37,978 bases of DNA from an uncultured Dehalococcoidia bacterium (lineage in GTDB: Bacteria; Chloroflexota; Dehalococcoidia; Lucifugimonadales; UBA3495): contig CATMOE010000035.1 in assembly GCA_950072105.1 (NCBI GenBank), positions 1-37,978 on the forward strand, in the 5' to 3' direction. The notes below the pieces were generated by a model. That model was not told the DNA's origin, ran no database searches, and saw nothing but the letters and a program-made list of their open reading frames with translations. Every line of letters begins with the position of its first letter. Positions within the stretch are counted from its first letter, which is position 1. Both the position numbers and the translations under genes were made by a program. This document shows positions 19,169-28,828 of the stretch, piece by piece.

Positions 19169-20128
19169 ATGCAGATAACTGCCGATAATCAAACTGAAAC
19201 AAAAAGAGCCTTTGTTTTCCCGGGCCAGGGATCGCAAAGTGTTGGCATGGGGCAAGAGCTCTATGACTCATCCCGGGCGGCTCGTGCGGTCTTCCAAGAG
19301 GCCGACGATATCCTGGGAGTTCGACTCTCAAAACTGATTTTTCAAGGCCCTTCCCGTAAGCTACAAGACACGGTTAATTCCCAGCCGGCTATCATGACGG
19401 TTAGCATCGCGGCTTGGAAGGCGTGGGAAGAGTTCACTGGCTCCGAACTAGAGCCTCCGGCAGCCTTGGCCGGGCACAGCCTGGGAGAATACACGTCAAT
19501 GGTGGTGGCCGGGGTGGTGAGTTTCGCCGATGGTGTGACTCTGGTTCGGCAACGAGGCCGATTGATGCAGCAGGCATCCAAAGGCCGACCCGGAGGTATG
19601 GCGGCGATCTTAGGACTAGACGAGTTGGCGGCGTCGCAGATATGCTCCGAAACTGGCGTTGAATTGGCTAATATCAACTCCGACGATCAGATTGTGATCA
19701 GCGGAGATAAAATCGCCGTGGCGCAAGCCATGGACCTGGCTTCGGCTCGCGGCGCCAGGAAGACGATCCCACTCACGGTCAGCGGCGCCTTTCACTCCTC
19801 GCTGATGCAAGCGGCGAAGGAAGGTCTGTCTGAGGCGTTGGTGTCGATGGATTTCCAAGACCCAGTGGCTCCAATCATAGCTAACTCCGATTGTGCCGAG
19901 TTGCGAACCGGAGAACAGGTGCGAGAGGAGTTGGTCCGCGGGCTTTGCCAGTGCGTCCAATGGCGGAATACGGTCCGGTGTATGGTGGACTCTGGAATCA
20001 CCCAGTTCGTTGAGTTGGGACCGGCCAGCGTGTTGGCAGGCCTGATCAAGCGGATCGACCGGGGCGTTCAAGCTGTGGCATTATCCAACCCTGAATCTAT
20101 TCGAAAGTTGGCCGGCGCGACCGCTTAA
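19169..20128 (+). CDS. fabD: Malonyl-CoA:ACP transacylase
   Basis: FPGQGSQ, GHSLGEY, VSGAFHS. Confidence 0.96.
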   Translation: MQITADNQTETKRAFVFPGQGSQSVGMGQELYDSSRAARAVFQEADDILGVRLSKLIFQGPSRKLQDTVNSQPAIMTVSIAAWKAWEEFTGSELEPPAALAGHSLGEYTSMVVAGVVSFADGVTLVRQRGRLMQQASKGRPGGMAAILGLDELAASQICSETGVELANINSDDQIVISGDKIAVAQAMDLASARGARKTIPLTVSGAFHSSLMQAAKEGLSEALVSMDFQDPVAPIIANSDCAELRTGEQVREELVRGLCQCVQWRNTVRCMVDSGITQFVELGPASVLAGLIKRIDRGVQAVALSNPESIRKLAGATA

Positions 20129-20157
20129 ACCGGTACACGCCAGCTTATCGGTGTTCC

Positions 20158-20613
20158 ATGCCAAAGGATAAATTTACTGACTTGAGACGGAAGGGAAGGG
20201 CGGCGGCTCTCCAGAGCCTCTATGCAGCCGACGTTCGCGGCGGCTTGGCCGAATCTTCTCTAGAGTGGCTTGTCGAGGAAGATCAGTTGCCCGAAAGAGC
20301 GATATCTCTCGCTCAAAAATTGATTCAAGGTGTGGAGGCTCGAGGCCAGGCTCTTGATAGCATAATTCAGCAATATGCACCAGCATGGCCCGTAGCCCAG
20401 TTAGCGCCGGTGGACCGGAACATCCTGCGGATAGCTCTGCTGGAGTTGTTACATAGCCCTGATACGCCGGACAAAACCGCAATCAACGAAGCTGTAGAGT
20501 TAGCAAAGGTGTTTGGCAGCGATAGCTCCAGCAAGTTTGTAAATGGTGTTCTAGGATCTGTGATAGCTGACCGTGAGGTTGCCCACCTGGCTACGGTTGG
20601 ATCCCAAATCTAG
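20158..20613 (+). CDS. nusB: Transcription antitermination factor NusB
   Basis: RRKGR..ALQ.LY, VDRNILR, AINEAVELAK.FG..S.KFVNGVL. Confidence 0.96.
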   Translation: MPKDKFTDLRRKGRAAALQSLYAADVRGGLAESSLEWLVEEDQLPERAISLAQKLIQGVEARGQALDSIIQQYAPAWPVAQLAPVDRNILRIALLELLHSPDTPDKTAINEAVELAKVFGSDSSSKFVNGVLGSVIADREVAHLATVGSQI

Positions 20614-20625
20614 GGAGATGACCTT

Positions 20626-20886
20626 TTGGCGACCGTTTATGATCGCGTAAAAACCATAGTAATTGATAAATTAGGGATGGACGAATCAGAGGTAGGAGAA
20701 GACTCATCCTTCGTTGATAACCTCAATGCGGACTCCCTTGACCTAGTCGAATTAATCATGGCCTTCGAAGAGGAGTTCTCCACCGATGAAAAGCAGGTGG
20801 AAATCTCCGATGATGAAGCTGGGAACATCGGCACCATCAAAGATGCCGTCGATTACTTGAAAGGCCACGGAATCGCAGACGACTAG
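20626..20886 (+). CDS. acpP: Acyl carrier protein
   Basis: ADSLDLVELIMAFEEEF phosphopantetheine motif. Confidence 0.96.
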   Translation: MATVYDRVKTIVIDKLGMDESEVGEDSSFVDNLNADSLDLVELIMAFEEEFSTDEKQVEISDDEAGNIGTIKDAVDYLKGHGIADD

Positions 20887-20922
20887 TGTCGCGCTGGGGC
20901 AGGTTATCGCACCTGTTGTGGC

Positions 20923-20948
20923 GAGCCGATTCGGATGCCGGCTCTTTT
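20923..20948 (+). terminator. Possible intrinsic terminator after acpP
   Basis: GAGCCG..CGGCTC followed by TTTT. Confidence 0.4.
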
Positions 20949-21215
20949 GGATGTTGCTTGCTCGCAGGCCGTCGAAGAACAGCTTGCCCTACGCCGGGAG
21001 GCCTGCTTTCCCGGCCGTAATAATCACGATGAATCCAGTTGACAACACTGACCCTACCCTGCCACGGAGTTCTGTGACCCCCTCGATCTTGAGCACTCTT
21101 CGTTATCCGTTGCAGTTCGGGCAGACGGCTGAAGTCATTACATTATGGTAAGTACCTTAATACATTTATACTGTAAAATTGCCTGATCCGTATCTAGACT
21201 GGGAGTTGAATCCTA

Positions 21216-21839
21216 ATGAACAGCCTGGATGAAATCGCTCGACTGGTTAGACAATGTTCCGATTGTGAACTTGGCCGGGGGCGCAAAAACGCTGTTCCCG
21301 GGGAGGGTTCGCCGGATGCCGACCTGATGATTATCGGCGAAGGACCGGGTGCTCAAGAAGACCTTCTGGGCCGTCCTTTTGTGGGCCGGGCCGGGCAATT
21401 TTTGGACGAGTTGTTAGGGTACATCGGCTTGAAGCGGGAAGATGTATTTATCGCCAACATGGTGAAATGCCGTCCTCCGGAAAACCGGGACCCATTGCCC
21501 GCCGAGGTATCGGCATGCGATAAGTATCTGGAACGGCAGATAGAGTTGTTAGATCCTTTGCTGATAGTTACCTTGGGCCGGGTGTCGCTGGCCCGGTTTT
21601 TCCCCGGGGAAAGTATGACCCGGGCCAGAGGGAAAGTTCGAGAGAAGGACGGCCGGTTTATCTATCCAGTGATGCATCCAGCCGCCGCCCTGTACCGTCA
21701 GGAAGTTAGGCCGGGAATCATCGAAGATTTCAAAGCCATCCCGAAGGTTTTGGACAATATCCGGAACTCCTCTGCCGCGCCGACCCTGGCGCCAGCGGCG
21801 GAGTCGCCGCCTGCACAGCAACTTAGTCTGTTTGAGTAA
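21216..21839 (+). CDS. Family-4 uracil-DNA glycosylase (4Fe-4S)
   Basis: CSDC, GEGPG, GRPFVG, N.VKCRPPENRDP, HPAA. Confidence 0.94.
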   Translation: MNSLDEIARLVRQCSDCELGRGRKNAVPGEGSPDADLMIIGEGPGAQEDLLGRPFVGRAGQFLDELLGYIGLKREDVFIANMVKCRPPENRDPLPAEVSACDKYLERQIELLDPLLIVTLGRVSLARFFPGESMTRARGKVREKDGRFIYPVMHPAAALYRQEVRPGIIEDFKAIPKVLDNIRNSSAAPTLAPAAESPPAQQLSLFE

Positions 21840-21844
21840 ATACT

Positions 21845-23512
21845 TTGAGTAACGTGACGCAACCTTTGCGAATCATTCCCCTGGGCGGACTGGGGGAGAT
21901 CGGTAAGAACATGATGGCCGTGGAGTACGGTGACGAAATCGTCGTTGTCGACTGCGGGGTCCAATTTCCGGACGACGATATGCCGGGGGTCGATCTGATT
22001 ATCCCCGACGTTTCCTACCTTGTGGAGCGGGCCGACCGGGTCAAGGCGATCTTGATCACCCACGGACATGAGGATCATATCGGAGCCCTCTCTTTTATAC
22101 TGCCTCAGATAAATGTTCCGGTATACGCCCCGAGATTGGCCCATGGACTTATCTCGGTTAAGCTGAACGATCGACGTCCCACCCGGGGCGCGGTCGTGGA
22201 AGCCATTGAACCGGGAATCGGTTACCAATTTGGTGACAACTTTCGGGCAACTTGGTTCCGGGTATGCCATAGCATTCCCGATGCCATGGGCATCGCTATT
22301 GAAACCCCGCGAGGTTTGGTGATTCACACCGGCGACTTCAAGATTGATCACACTCCCGTAGACGGCCGCACTATAGATCTTACGACTCTGGCCCGGCATG
22401 GGGCAGAGGGTGTGCTGCTGCTGCTTTCAGATTCCACCTATGCCGAGGTTCCCGGTTATACCCAATCGGAACGGGTAGTGGGCGAGGCCTTAGATCGCGC
22501 CATCGCTGATGCTCCCGGCCGGGTGATGGTTGCCACATTCGCTTCTCTTATCTCCAGGGTGCAGCAAGTAGTGGACGCGGCGGAGCGTGCCCACCGCAAG
22601 GTTGGTATCGTTGGCCGCAGCATGGAAGACAATGTGGCCGTGGCGACGGAAATGGGATATCTGAAGATGCCCCCGGGAATCCTCCAGAATCTAAGTGAAC
22701 TGCGTCAATTGCCTCCCCATGAGGTGGTGCTGATAACCACCGGCAGCCAGGGGGAGCCAACTTCAGCCTTGGTCCGCATATCCAACAAAGACCACCGGGA
22801 CATCAGCGTGATAGAGGGAGACACGGTGATAATCTCCGCGACCCCAATCCCAGGCAACGAATTGGGTGTTGGCCGGACCATAGATAACCTGATGCGCCAG
22901 GGAGCAACTGTGCTTTACGACCGCATCTCCACCGTTCATGTACACGGCCATGCCAGTCAGGAAGAGTTGAAGATGATGCTCAACCTGGTCCGGCCCCGGT
23001 ACTTCGTTCCAGTGCATGGAGAATACCGGCACCTGATGGCCCACGCCCAACTGGCTCAGGACGTGGGTGTGGCGCAGTCGGGGATATTTGTGATCGAAGA
23101 CGGAGATGTGCTGGAGTTATCCGAAGATGGGGCCCGCGTGGAGGAGAAGGTATCCGCCAGGCGGATCTACGTCGACGGGGCGAACCGGCGCGATCATCGC
23201 AGCCAGGTGTTCCGTCAGCGGCGAACGCTGTCGAAGGATGGAGTTGTCGTGGTGGTCGTCTCGACTGATAAAGAGTCGGGCCGGTTGGTGGGCGAACCCA
23301 AGGCCGTGGCCAGCGGGTTCATGGAAGATTCGGAAACAGATGAACTGTTCCAAGACCTGGCTGTAACGCTGTCCCGGACCCTGGCCGGCGATCCTGCCTT
23401 GGCGGACCAACCAGACCGTTTGAAATCAAAAATGCGTGAAACTGCCCGCGAGTTCCTAGCTAGCGAAACCAACAGACGCCCTATCATTATTCCAGTGGTT
23501 TTGGAAGTGTGA
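21845..23512 (+). CDS. rnj: Ribonuclease J
   Basis: PLGGLGEIGKN, THGHEDH, TGSQGEP, PVHGE. Confidence 0.96.
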   Translation: MSNVTQPLRIIPLGGLGEIGKNMMAVEYGDEIVVVDCGVQFPDDDMPGVDLIIPDVSYLVERADRVKAILITHGHEDHIGALSFILPQINVPVYAPRLAHGLISVKLNDRRPTRGAVVEAIEPGIGYQFGDNFRATWFRVCHSIPDAMGIAIETPRGLVIHTGDFKIDHTPVDGRTIDLTTLARHGAEGVLLLLSDSTYAEVPGYTQSERVVGEALDRAIADAPGRVMVATFASLISRVQQVVDAAERAHRKVGIVGRSMEDNVAVATEMGYLKMPPGILQNLSELRQLPPHEVVLITTGSQGEPTSALVRISNKDHRDISVIEGDTVIISATPIPGNELGVGRTIDNLMRQGATVLYDRISTVHVHGHASQEELKMMLNLVRPRYFVPVHGEYRHLMAHAQLAQDVGVAQSGIFVIEDGDVLELSEDGARVEEKVSARRIYVDGANRRDHRSQVFRQRRTLSKDGVVVVVVSTDKESGRLVGEPKAVASGFMEDSETDELFQDLAVTLSRTLAGDPALADQPDRLKSKMRETAREFLASETNRRPIIIPVVLEV

Positions 23513-23563
23513 TTGGTTTCCTGACCACTTATTTTTGTTTCGTGGTCAGAATGGGAGGACTCG

Positions 23564-25789
23564 ATGGCACGATCCGCTGCCAAAGGTAGGCGCACGCCTC
23601 CGCCATCTTTCAGAGACTTTATAAAAGCCAGACCCGCCGCCGCTATCGACGGCCTGGTAATGTTGATAGGCGGCTTGAGTGCCGGCCTGGTTTTTGGATT
23701 TAACGCGGACCTCCGCTACGGAGTTATACAAACCCTAGGTTACGGTTTGGTCCCGGCCGGTCTTTGGTTTGGGGCCGCCCTCCTCACTTTAAGATATCGT
23801 CATCGGTCGCTGGCTAGATTTTGGCGGCGATGGGTTTCCGCCGCCGCTATCGTGGTCATCGCCATCGGAGTGCTTTCGCTATTCGATCCCGGCGATGGAG
23901 TGCTGTCCGGTTTCGGTCTTAGCGGGCGTTGGGGTGACGCGGTGGGAGGAGTCCCCATAGCGTTGGCATTGGTTAAATTGGCCTCCATCGCCATTTTCGT
24001 TCCTCTATTTATCTACCCTTATAAAGTAGGGGGGATCTATCTAAAGGGACTGAAGAAGTCAGGTACTGGGCTGCAGTACGGGATTTCCTACCTATATATG
24101 GGCTCGTCTTGGGTCACCGGATTCTTGAGCCGATGGCTGTTGACGGCCATATTCGCGGCGCGTTCGAGTCGATTCCTGGCGTGGTTCCGCGGTCTCTTTC
24201 AGAGTTCAAAGCCTATGGCGCCACAACCGCCCGCTGAACTGGTCAGCTTTGACGATTCGGAGAATGAAGTAGATGAGTCGCCGGATGACTCCGATTCCTG
24301 GCCTCTTAGCAGTGCAGGGGAAGTCCCGGAGTGGACGGCGGCTCACCCACCACAGAATGACAAACCCCGCGTCGAAGTCGCGAAGGTAAAAACGGCGGGT
24401 TCTAAATGGTCCTTACCATCCATCGAATGCCTGGCAGCTCCCACACCCCGGGAGCAATCTGAGGGGCCATTGCAGGAGATGGCCCGCCACGTAGAGACCT
24501 CGCTGGCCGAGCATGGCGTGATCGTGGAGGTAAAAGATATTAGAGCGGGACCTAGGATCGTTCGCTTCGGTCTGGTTCCTGGCTGGAATAACAGGAAAGG
24601 CGAAGGCGGTAAAGACGACGGCCGGGTCGAAAGCAGGGTGAAGGTACAGAGCATTTTGACCCGGGAAAAGGACCTGGCGCTGGCGTTGAAGACACCCTAC
24701 CTGCGCATCGAAGCGCCGGTACCCGGTGAGGCCTTGGTGGGTTTGGAGGTGCCGGCGCCAAACCCCAATAAGGTTCATCTGAGAGAAGTCATGGAGTCGC
24801 CCGAGTTTCGTAAAATCGCGAGCAAAGGAGGGCTCCCCGTTGCCTTGGGTCAAGACACCGGAGGGTCTTCGGTGGTTACGGATCTGGCGGGATTGCCACA
24901 TCTGCTGATAGCCGGGGCCACCGGTAGCGGCAAGAGCGTGTGCCTCAACTCCGTGGTAGCTTCCCTGCTCTTGACCAAACCACCGGACCAGTTGCGCATG
25001 CTGATGGTGGACCCCAAGCGGGTGGAGCTAACCCCGTTTAATGGCATCCCTCATCTGGTTGCTCCGGTCATCGTGGATGTCGACCAAGTGAATTCGGCCC
25101 TCCGGGGCCTGATGCGGGAGATGTTCCGCCGCTACAAACAGATGGAAGAAGCAGGGGTCCGCAATATCGATGGTTTCAATTCTAAATCGAAAGAGCGGAT
25201 GCCCTTCTTGGTGTTGATCGTCGACGAATTGGCCGACCTGATGATCACCGGCGGGTTTGAGGTGGAACAGAACTTGGTCCGCTTGGCCCAACTGGGACGA
25301 GCCACGGGGATACACCTGGTATTGGCAACCCAACGACCGTCGGTGAACGTCGTCACCGGGCTGCTCAAGGCCAACATCCCGGGCCGGATCGCGTTTGCCG
25401 TGGCATCCCAGGTGGATTCTAGGGTCATCTTAGACATGGCCGGAGCCGAGCGGCTGTTGGGCAAAGGCGACATGCTGATCCTCAATTCAGATTCGCCCAA
25501 ACCCCGCCGGGTTCAGGGGACACTGGTGTACGACCATGAGATCGAACAATTGCAGCAGTTCTGGTCCAATCAGAAAGGCGGTCCTTTGCCAGACATACTG
25601 ATAGATGAAGATGAAGACGGAGAAAATGAGGAAGCCAACGAGAGAGTGTTGTCCCAGGCCAGAGAGTTGGCGCTCCGCAGTCCCCGGATGTCTACTTCTT
25701 TCATCGAGCGGCGTTTTAAGGTGGGGCAGCAGCGGGCGGAGGAGATAATGGAGCACCTGGAAGAGGAAGGCCTGGTTATACCCCGGTAG
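23564..25789 (+). CDS. ftsK: DNA translocase FtsK/SpoIIIE
   Basis: N-terminal TM segments, AGATGSGKS, DELADLM, ATQRPS, C-terminal gamma-like domain. Confidence 0.94.
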   Translation: MARSAAKGRRTPPPSFRDFIKARPAAAIDGLVMLIGGLSAGLVFGFNADLRYGVIQTLGYGLVPAGLWFGAALLTLRYRHRSLARFWRRWVSAAAIVVIAIGVLSLFDPGDGVLSGFGLSGRWGDAVGGVPIALALVKLASIAIFVPLFIYPYKVGGIYLKGLKKSGTGLQYGISYLYMGSSWVTGFLSRWLLTAIFAARSSRFLAWFRGLFQSSKPMAPQPPAELVSFDDSENEVDESPDDSDSWPLSSAGEVPEWTAAHPPQNDKPRVEVAKVKTAGSKWSLPSIECLAAPTPREQSEGPLQEMARHVETSLAEHGVIVEVKDIRAGPRIVRFGLVPGWNNRKGEGGKDDGRVESRVKVQSILTREKDLALALKTPYLRIEAPVPGEALVGLEVPAPNPNKVHLREVMESPEFRKIASKGGLPVALGQDTGGSSVVTDLAGLPHLLIAGATGSGKSVCLNSVVASLLLTKPPDQLRMLMVDPKRVELTPFNGIPHLVAPVIVDVDQVNSALRGLMREMFRRYKQMEEAGVRNIDGFNSKSKERMPFLVLIVDELADLMITGGFEVEQNLVRLAQLGRATGIHLVLATQRPSVNVVTGLLKANIPGRIAFAVASQVDSRVILDMAGAERLLGKGDMLILNSDSPKPRRVQGTLVYDHEIEQLQQFWSNQKGGPLPDILIDEDEDGENEEANERVLSQARELALRSPRMSTSFIERRFKVGQQRAEEIMEHLEEEGLVIPR

Positions 25790-25877
25790 CCGGTTCAGGT
25801 AGCTCTACGATTTGGTTCAACTAGGCCCAGCCGGTTAATACGGTTGGGCCTTCCCATTTACCTCAGGGCGGCTCCTT

Positions 25878-25886
25878 TGCTATGAT
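25878..25886 (+). promoter_or_regulatory. Extended -10 promoter
   Basis: TGcTATGAT upstream of PHP gene. Confidence 0.35.
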
Positions 25887-25950
25887 AGTTTGGCTATGTT
25901 GACTAGGCTATCCCTGGAACTCAACTCCAGCCCATGGTACGACGACATCA

Positions 25951-26616
25951 TTGTTAATTGACCTCCACACCCATAGCTATCCAAAGTCCGATGACAGTTT
26001 CGCTGCTGTCGACGACCTCATTGAAAGAGCTAAAGAAGCAAAGCTAGACGGTATCTGCCTCACCGACCACGATTTTTTCTGGTCTAAGGAGGAGGTCGAT
26101 GATCTTGCCAAGAGACACAGCTTTTTGGTGTTACCTGGCTGCGAGATCAACACCGATAATGGACACGTCTTGATCTTCGGCTTGGATCGCTATGTTTTTG
26201 GACTGCACAAGCCGGATTTTTTGGTAGACGCCGTGCGGCAAAGGGACGGCGCTATAATCGCGGCTCATCCCTATCGCCGCCGGTTCTTGGAAGACCCCGG
26301 TCATCTGCTGGAGGCCCGGCGGGAAATGCTGGAACGGGCCAGCGGGGATGCTTTTTTCGGGTCTTGCGATGCGATCGAAGGAATCAATGGCCGGGGTAAC
26401 GAGGCGCAGAATCAGTTCTCGCAAGACCTGGGGAACCGGCTGGAGATAAAAATGACCGGGGGCAGCGACGCCCACCGGGTAGAACAGATAGGGACCGCGG
26501 CAACATTGTTCGAGCGGAAAATCACCGGTGTGGATGACTTGATCCGGGAACTCAAGGCGGGCAGGTTCAGGGCCGAGCAGCTCATCCGCCCGCAAGCGGC
26601 AAGCCGCAATGCCTGA
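25951..26616 (+). CDS. PHP domain metal-dependent phosphoesterase
   Basis: DLHTHS, TDHD, HPYR, GGSDAH. Confidence 0.92.
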   Translation: MLIDLHTHSYPKSDDSFAAVDDLIERAKEAKLDGICLTDHDFFWSKEEVDDLAKRHSFLVLPGCEINTDNGHVLIFGLDRYVFGLHKPDFLVDAVRQRDGAIIAAHPYRRRFLEDPGHLLEARREMLERASGDAFFGSCDAIEGINGRGNEAQNQFSQDLGNRLEIKMTGGSDAHRVEQIGTAATLFERKITGVDDLIRELKAGRFRAEQLIRPQAASRNA

Positions 26617-26713
26617 ACGCGCTGAAAAATCGGAGAGTAATTGATAGCGCCAGCAACATACCACCGCTTCATCGCCCGATATGGAACGGCGTTGGGGCAC
26701 CCGAGGGTCATCC

Positions 26714-27691
26714 ATGGCTGAAGCATTACGAGTAGAAGATCTTCATGTCCGGTTCGGCACACCGGCGGGACCAGTTAAGGCCTTGAACGGCGTCAACTTC
26801 GTCCTGGAAGAGGGTGAGATCTACTGCCTTGTTGGGGAGAGCGGCGCGGGCAAGAGTACTTTGGCGTTGGCGATCATGGGTTTACTCCCCGTGTCGGCAA
26901 CCGTGCCGTCGGGCCGGGTTATCTTTGACGGAGTGGACCTGCTAAGGATCGGCCAAGAGCAACTGAGAAAGATTCGGGGTAACCAGGTATCGATGATTTT
27001 CCAGGATGCCCAATCCGCCCTGAACCCGGTTCAGTTGGTTGGACCACAATTGGAAGAAGTCATTCTGGCCCACACCAATGTCGGATCCCGTGTTGCCAAT
27101 GGTATGGCTCAGGATATGTTGCGGGAGATGGGATTGCCCGATCCCAAGCGAATCATGGGGCAATATCCCTTCAGTCTCAGCGGAGGTATGTGCCAGAGGA
27201 TTATGCTGGCCATAGCTCTGGTGCTACGGCCGCGGGTACTGATCGCCGACGAACCGACGTCGGGGCTAGATGTAACGCTTCAAGCGGAGATCCTGGAACG
27301 ATTGAAAGCCCTTTGCCGGGAGCAAGGGTCCTCGATTCTCCTGATCACCCATGACATGGGAATCGTGGCTAGCATGGCTCAAAAGGTCGGCGTCATCTAC
27401 GCGGGTACCGTGGTGGAAACATCGAAAGTGATTCCCCTATTCAAAGAGCCGCAGCATCCCTACACCTGGTCTCTGCTGAAGACCCTGCCCCGGTTGGATG
27501 ACGTTGACCGGAGGCTGGAACCCCTAAGGGGAGTGCCGCCGGACATGATTGACTTGCCGGAGGAATGTCCCTTCCTGCCGCGGTGCCACAAAGCGCTTTC
27601 CCGGTGCCGAGTGGAACACCGCCCGCGCCTGGAAGAGGTCGCCTCTGAGCATATGGTGGCCTGCTACAATCCCATGCTTCCGGGGACTTAG
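26714..27691 (+). CDS. Oligopeptide/dipeptide ABC transporter ATP-binding protein (OppD/DppD-like)
   Basis: GESGAGKS, LSGGM, DEPT, HPYT, C-terminal Cys cluster; start set at MAEAL. Confidence 0.93.
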   Translation: MAEALRVEDLHVRFGTPAGPVKALNGVNFVLEEGEIYCLVGESGAGKSTLALAIMGLLPVSATVPSGRVIFDGVDLLRIGQEQLRKIRGNQVSMIFQDAQSALNPVQLVGPQLEEVILAHTNVGSRVANGMAQDMLREMGLPDPKRIMGQYPFSLSGGMCQRIMLAIALVLRPRVLIADEPTSGLDVTLQAEILERLKALCREQGSSILLITHDMGIVASMAQKVGVIYAGTVVETSKVIPLFKEPQHPYTWSLLKTLPRLDDVDRRLEPLRGVPPDMIDLPEECPFLPRCHKALSRCRVEHRPRLEEVASEHMVACYNPMLPGT

Positions 27692-27835
27692 CCGGGTTCT
27701 GAAACGTGGTTGGCACAATCCTATCGGGGTCACCGTGATCTGGGAAAGCCGGATCGCCGTGAAACTATTGAAGGGCCGGGACTTCCTTACTACTTAGTAT
27801 TGGAATAGACGTCCAGAAAAATCTCCCAGCCTCCG

Positions 27836-28759
27836 TTATTCCAGGGGTTCGGCAGGCGGGTCGTCATCGCCATCGGAACTCTGGGAGCCTACGGGAATCC
27901 GGACTGCCAATCCGGGCCGGATCAGGAACTCGTAGACTGCCGCACCCAAAGGCCCTCCCACCAGAGGGCCGATGATGTAAGCCCAGAACCCGCCGGACGG
28001 TCCCGGTATGGCAATGCTTTCCCAACCGGCAAAGTAGGCAACCAGCCGGGGGCCGAAGTCCCGGGCCGGGTTCCACCCTGCCTGGGTTAACGGAGCGAAT
28101 AGGCTGATCAGGACCGCCACGGTGAACCCGATGAAGAAGGGACTGAGGTATTTGGTCGGTAAGCTGGCGTTCCGGCGGTCCACCAGCGCGAAGATAACCA
28201 GTAGCAGGATGGCCGTGCCGAAGCCTTCGACCACGGCGGCGCCCAGGGGGCTTATCAGACTCTGAGCATCGGGGCCGGTGCCGAAAAGGGCGGGATTCGG
28301 GAAGTACTCGCCGAATACCATGGCCGAATGCTGACTGCCGGGAGCGCCGCGTACCAGGCCCATTTCGGACTCGAACCGAGCGATGAAGGGACCGTACAGC
28401 CACAAGACGGTCAAAGCGGCCAGGACGGCGCCCGTAAGCTGAGAAGTCCAATAGGGCAGCAAACGGGTATAAGGAAACTCGCGCCGGCGGAAGATGGCGA
28501 AGGTCAGGCTTACCGCCGGATTCAGGTGCGCCCCGGACACCGCCGCCGTCACATAGATGGCGATGGTGATGCCGAAACCCCACACCACCGCCACCTGCCA
28601 TATACCCGACTGGGCTCCGGTAAGCACGGCGGCCGCCACGGCTCCGGTGCCGAAGACAACCAGCAGATAAGTTCCAACAACCTCGGCGCCGCAAGCGCGG
28701 AGCATCGGCAAGATAGACGACCCTTTAAGCATAGGCAAACTTATAGCTTTCAGCAGCAT
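27836..28759 (-). CDS. MIP family aquaglyceroporin (GlpF-like)
   Basis: SGAHLNPAV and NPARD motifs; true start may be 28732 or 28705. Confidence 0.92.
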   Translation of the reverse strand: MLLKAISLPMLKGSSILPMLRACGAEVVGTYLLVVFGTGAVAAAVLTGAQSGIWQVAVVWGFGITIAIYVTAAVSGAHLNPAVSLTFAIFRRREFPYTRLLPYWTSQLTGAVLAALTVLWLYGPFIARFESEMGLVRGAPGSQHSAMVFGEYFPNPALFGTGPDAQSLISPLGAAVVEGFGTAILLLVIFALVDRRNASLPTKYLSPFFIGFTVAVLISLFAPLTQAGWNPARDFGPRLVAYFAGWESIAIPGPSGGFWAYIIGPLVGGPLGAAVYEFLIRPGLAVRIPVGSQSSDGDDDPPAEPLE

Positions 28760-28828
28760 CGGTTGGGACCGGAACCAGAGGGAACCGGAATCTGCCGATC
28801 ATTCGAAGAATATTCAGGATAAGGACAA

